Positions 63,376 through 64,000 of a stretch of 64,000 nt of DNA are shown piece by piece. A program made the position numbers and the translations under genes. The stretch is from Hydrolagus colliei (Eukaryota), in the NCBI GenBank assembly GCA_035084275.1, contig CM068769.1, positions 744,001 to 808,000 on the forward strand, read 5' to 3'. Every line of letters begins with the position of its first letter. Position 1 is the stretch's first letter. The notes beneath the pieces were generated by a model. The model saw nothing but the letters and a program-made list of their open reading frames with translations, made no database searches and was not told where the DNA came from.

Positions 63376-64000
63376 GCGACGTCTTTGTTTCGTGTTCAGT
63401 GATTTTCCCCTCTCGGGCATAGGGAGCCAGTGAAGTCTGGCAAGGACTGGGGTAATGAAGGAGCGAAGTTCCTCCATTTGGTAAACGATTTGGTAAAATC
63501 TTTACAAAGATATACTGAACAATAGAGATAGTTTCAATTTGATTGGAGTGATGGGGTAAATGAAAATCACAAATATACAACGGTTAGCTGTGCAGTCTGC
63601 CTTTAGCACAGAAGCACATATATGTTCAGCCACATACAAAGACTCACAGATGTTCACACGCAGATACACTCCACTCCCAACCACACATACACACACCAAC
63701 ACACACAGGTTGACATATGTTTTTGAATCATTTAAAGTTGTGTTGAGTAAGGATTCATTACAATAGGTTCAACACCGTGACCAGCACAGTCATTGATTCT
63801 AATCAATCGCAATCCCGACTCGAAGCTGGTATTACAATCAAGGCCAGTGAGCATGTGCAGCTGACACAAAGGGATCCACAATTATCAACGATGGAACCGG
63901 AATTAAATATTGCTTCAAAAAATCTTGACAGTGATGTGATTCGCGGTTGGATGTGACTGAACGTTATTTTTAGTTTGGTTTATTTGATACCAGACTAATC

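Overview
Eukaryotic genomic DNA, very probably from a cartilaginous fish (inferred from the CR1, L2 and DeuSINE repeat content and the V-gene style). Bases ~3.7-29.3 kb hold the upstream end of a T-cell-receptor V array on the minus strand, most like TCR alpha/delta V. I count 11 V segments. Four look intact (12.1, 23.9, 26.7, 28.8 kb), two are open frames with atypical core residues (13.8, 17.0 kb) and five are pseudogenes. Most have a 23-type RSS and a separate leader exon. Three copies of a family-B plus family-A V cassette are evident. No D, J, C, IgVH-like or NAR-like segments were found. Beyond 29.9 kb the V genes stop. That half contains a near full-length L2 LINE and an internally deleted sister copy, an ~8.6-kb compound CA/GA satellite with an internal inversion, an endogenous retrovirus 3' end (env TM, PPT, LTR), a C2H2 zinc-finger pseudogene, CR1 copies and unclassified repeats. 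The strongest leads are: (1) a co-oriented tRNA-derived SINE head 12-20 bp beyond the RSS nonamer in most V segments; (2) perfect hairpins, templated insertions and LINE insertions within a few bp of RSS elements; (3) CTCF-like motifs co-oriented with the V genes; (4) an expressible-looking V that lacks Cys23 and has Trp41 replaced by Cys. All coordinates were read by eye; no database searches were run.
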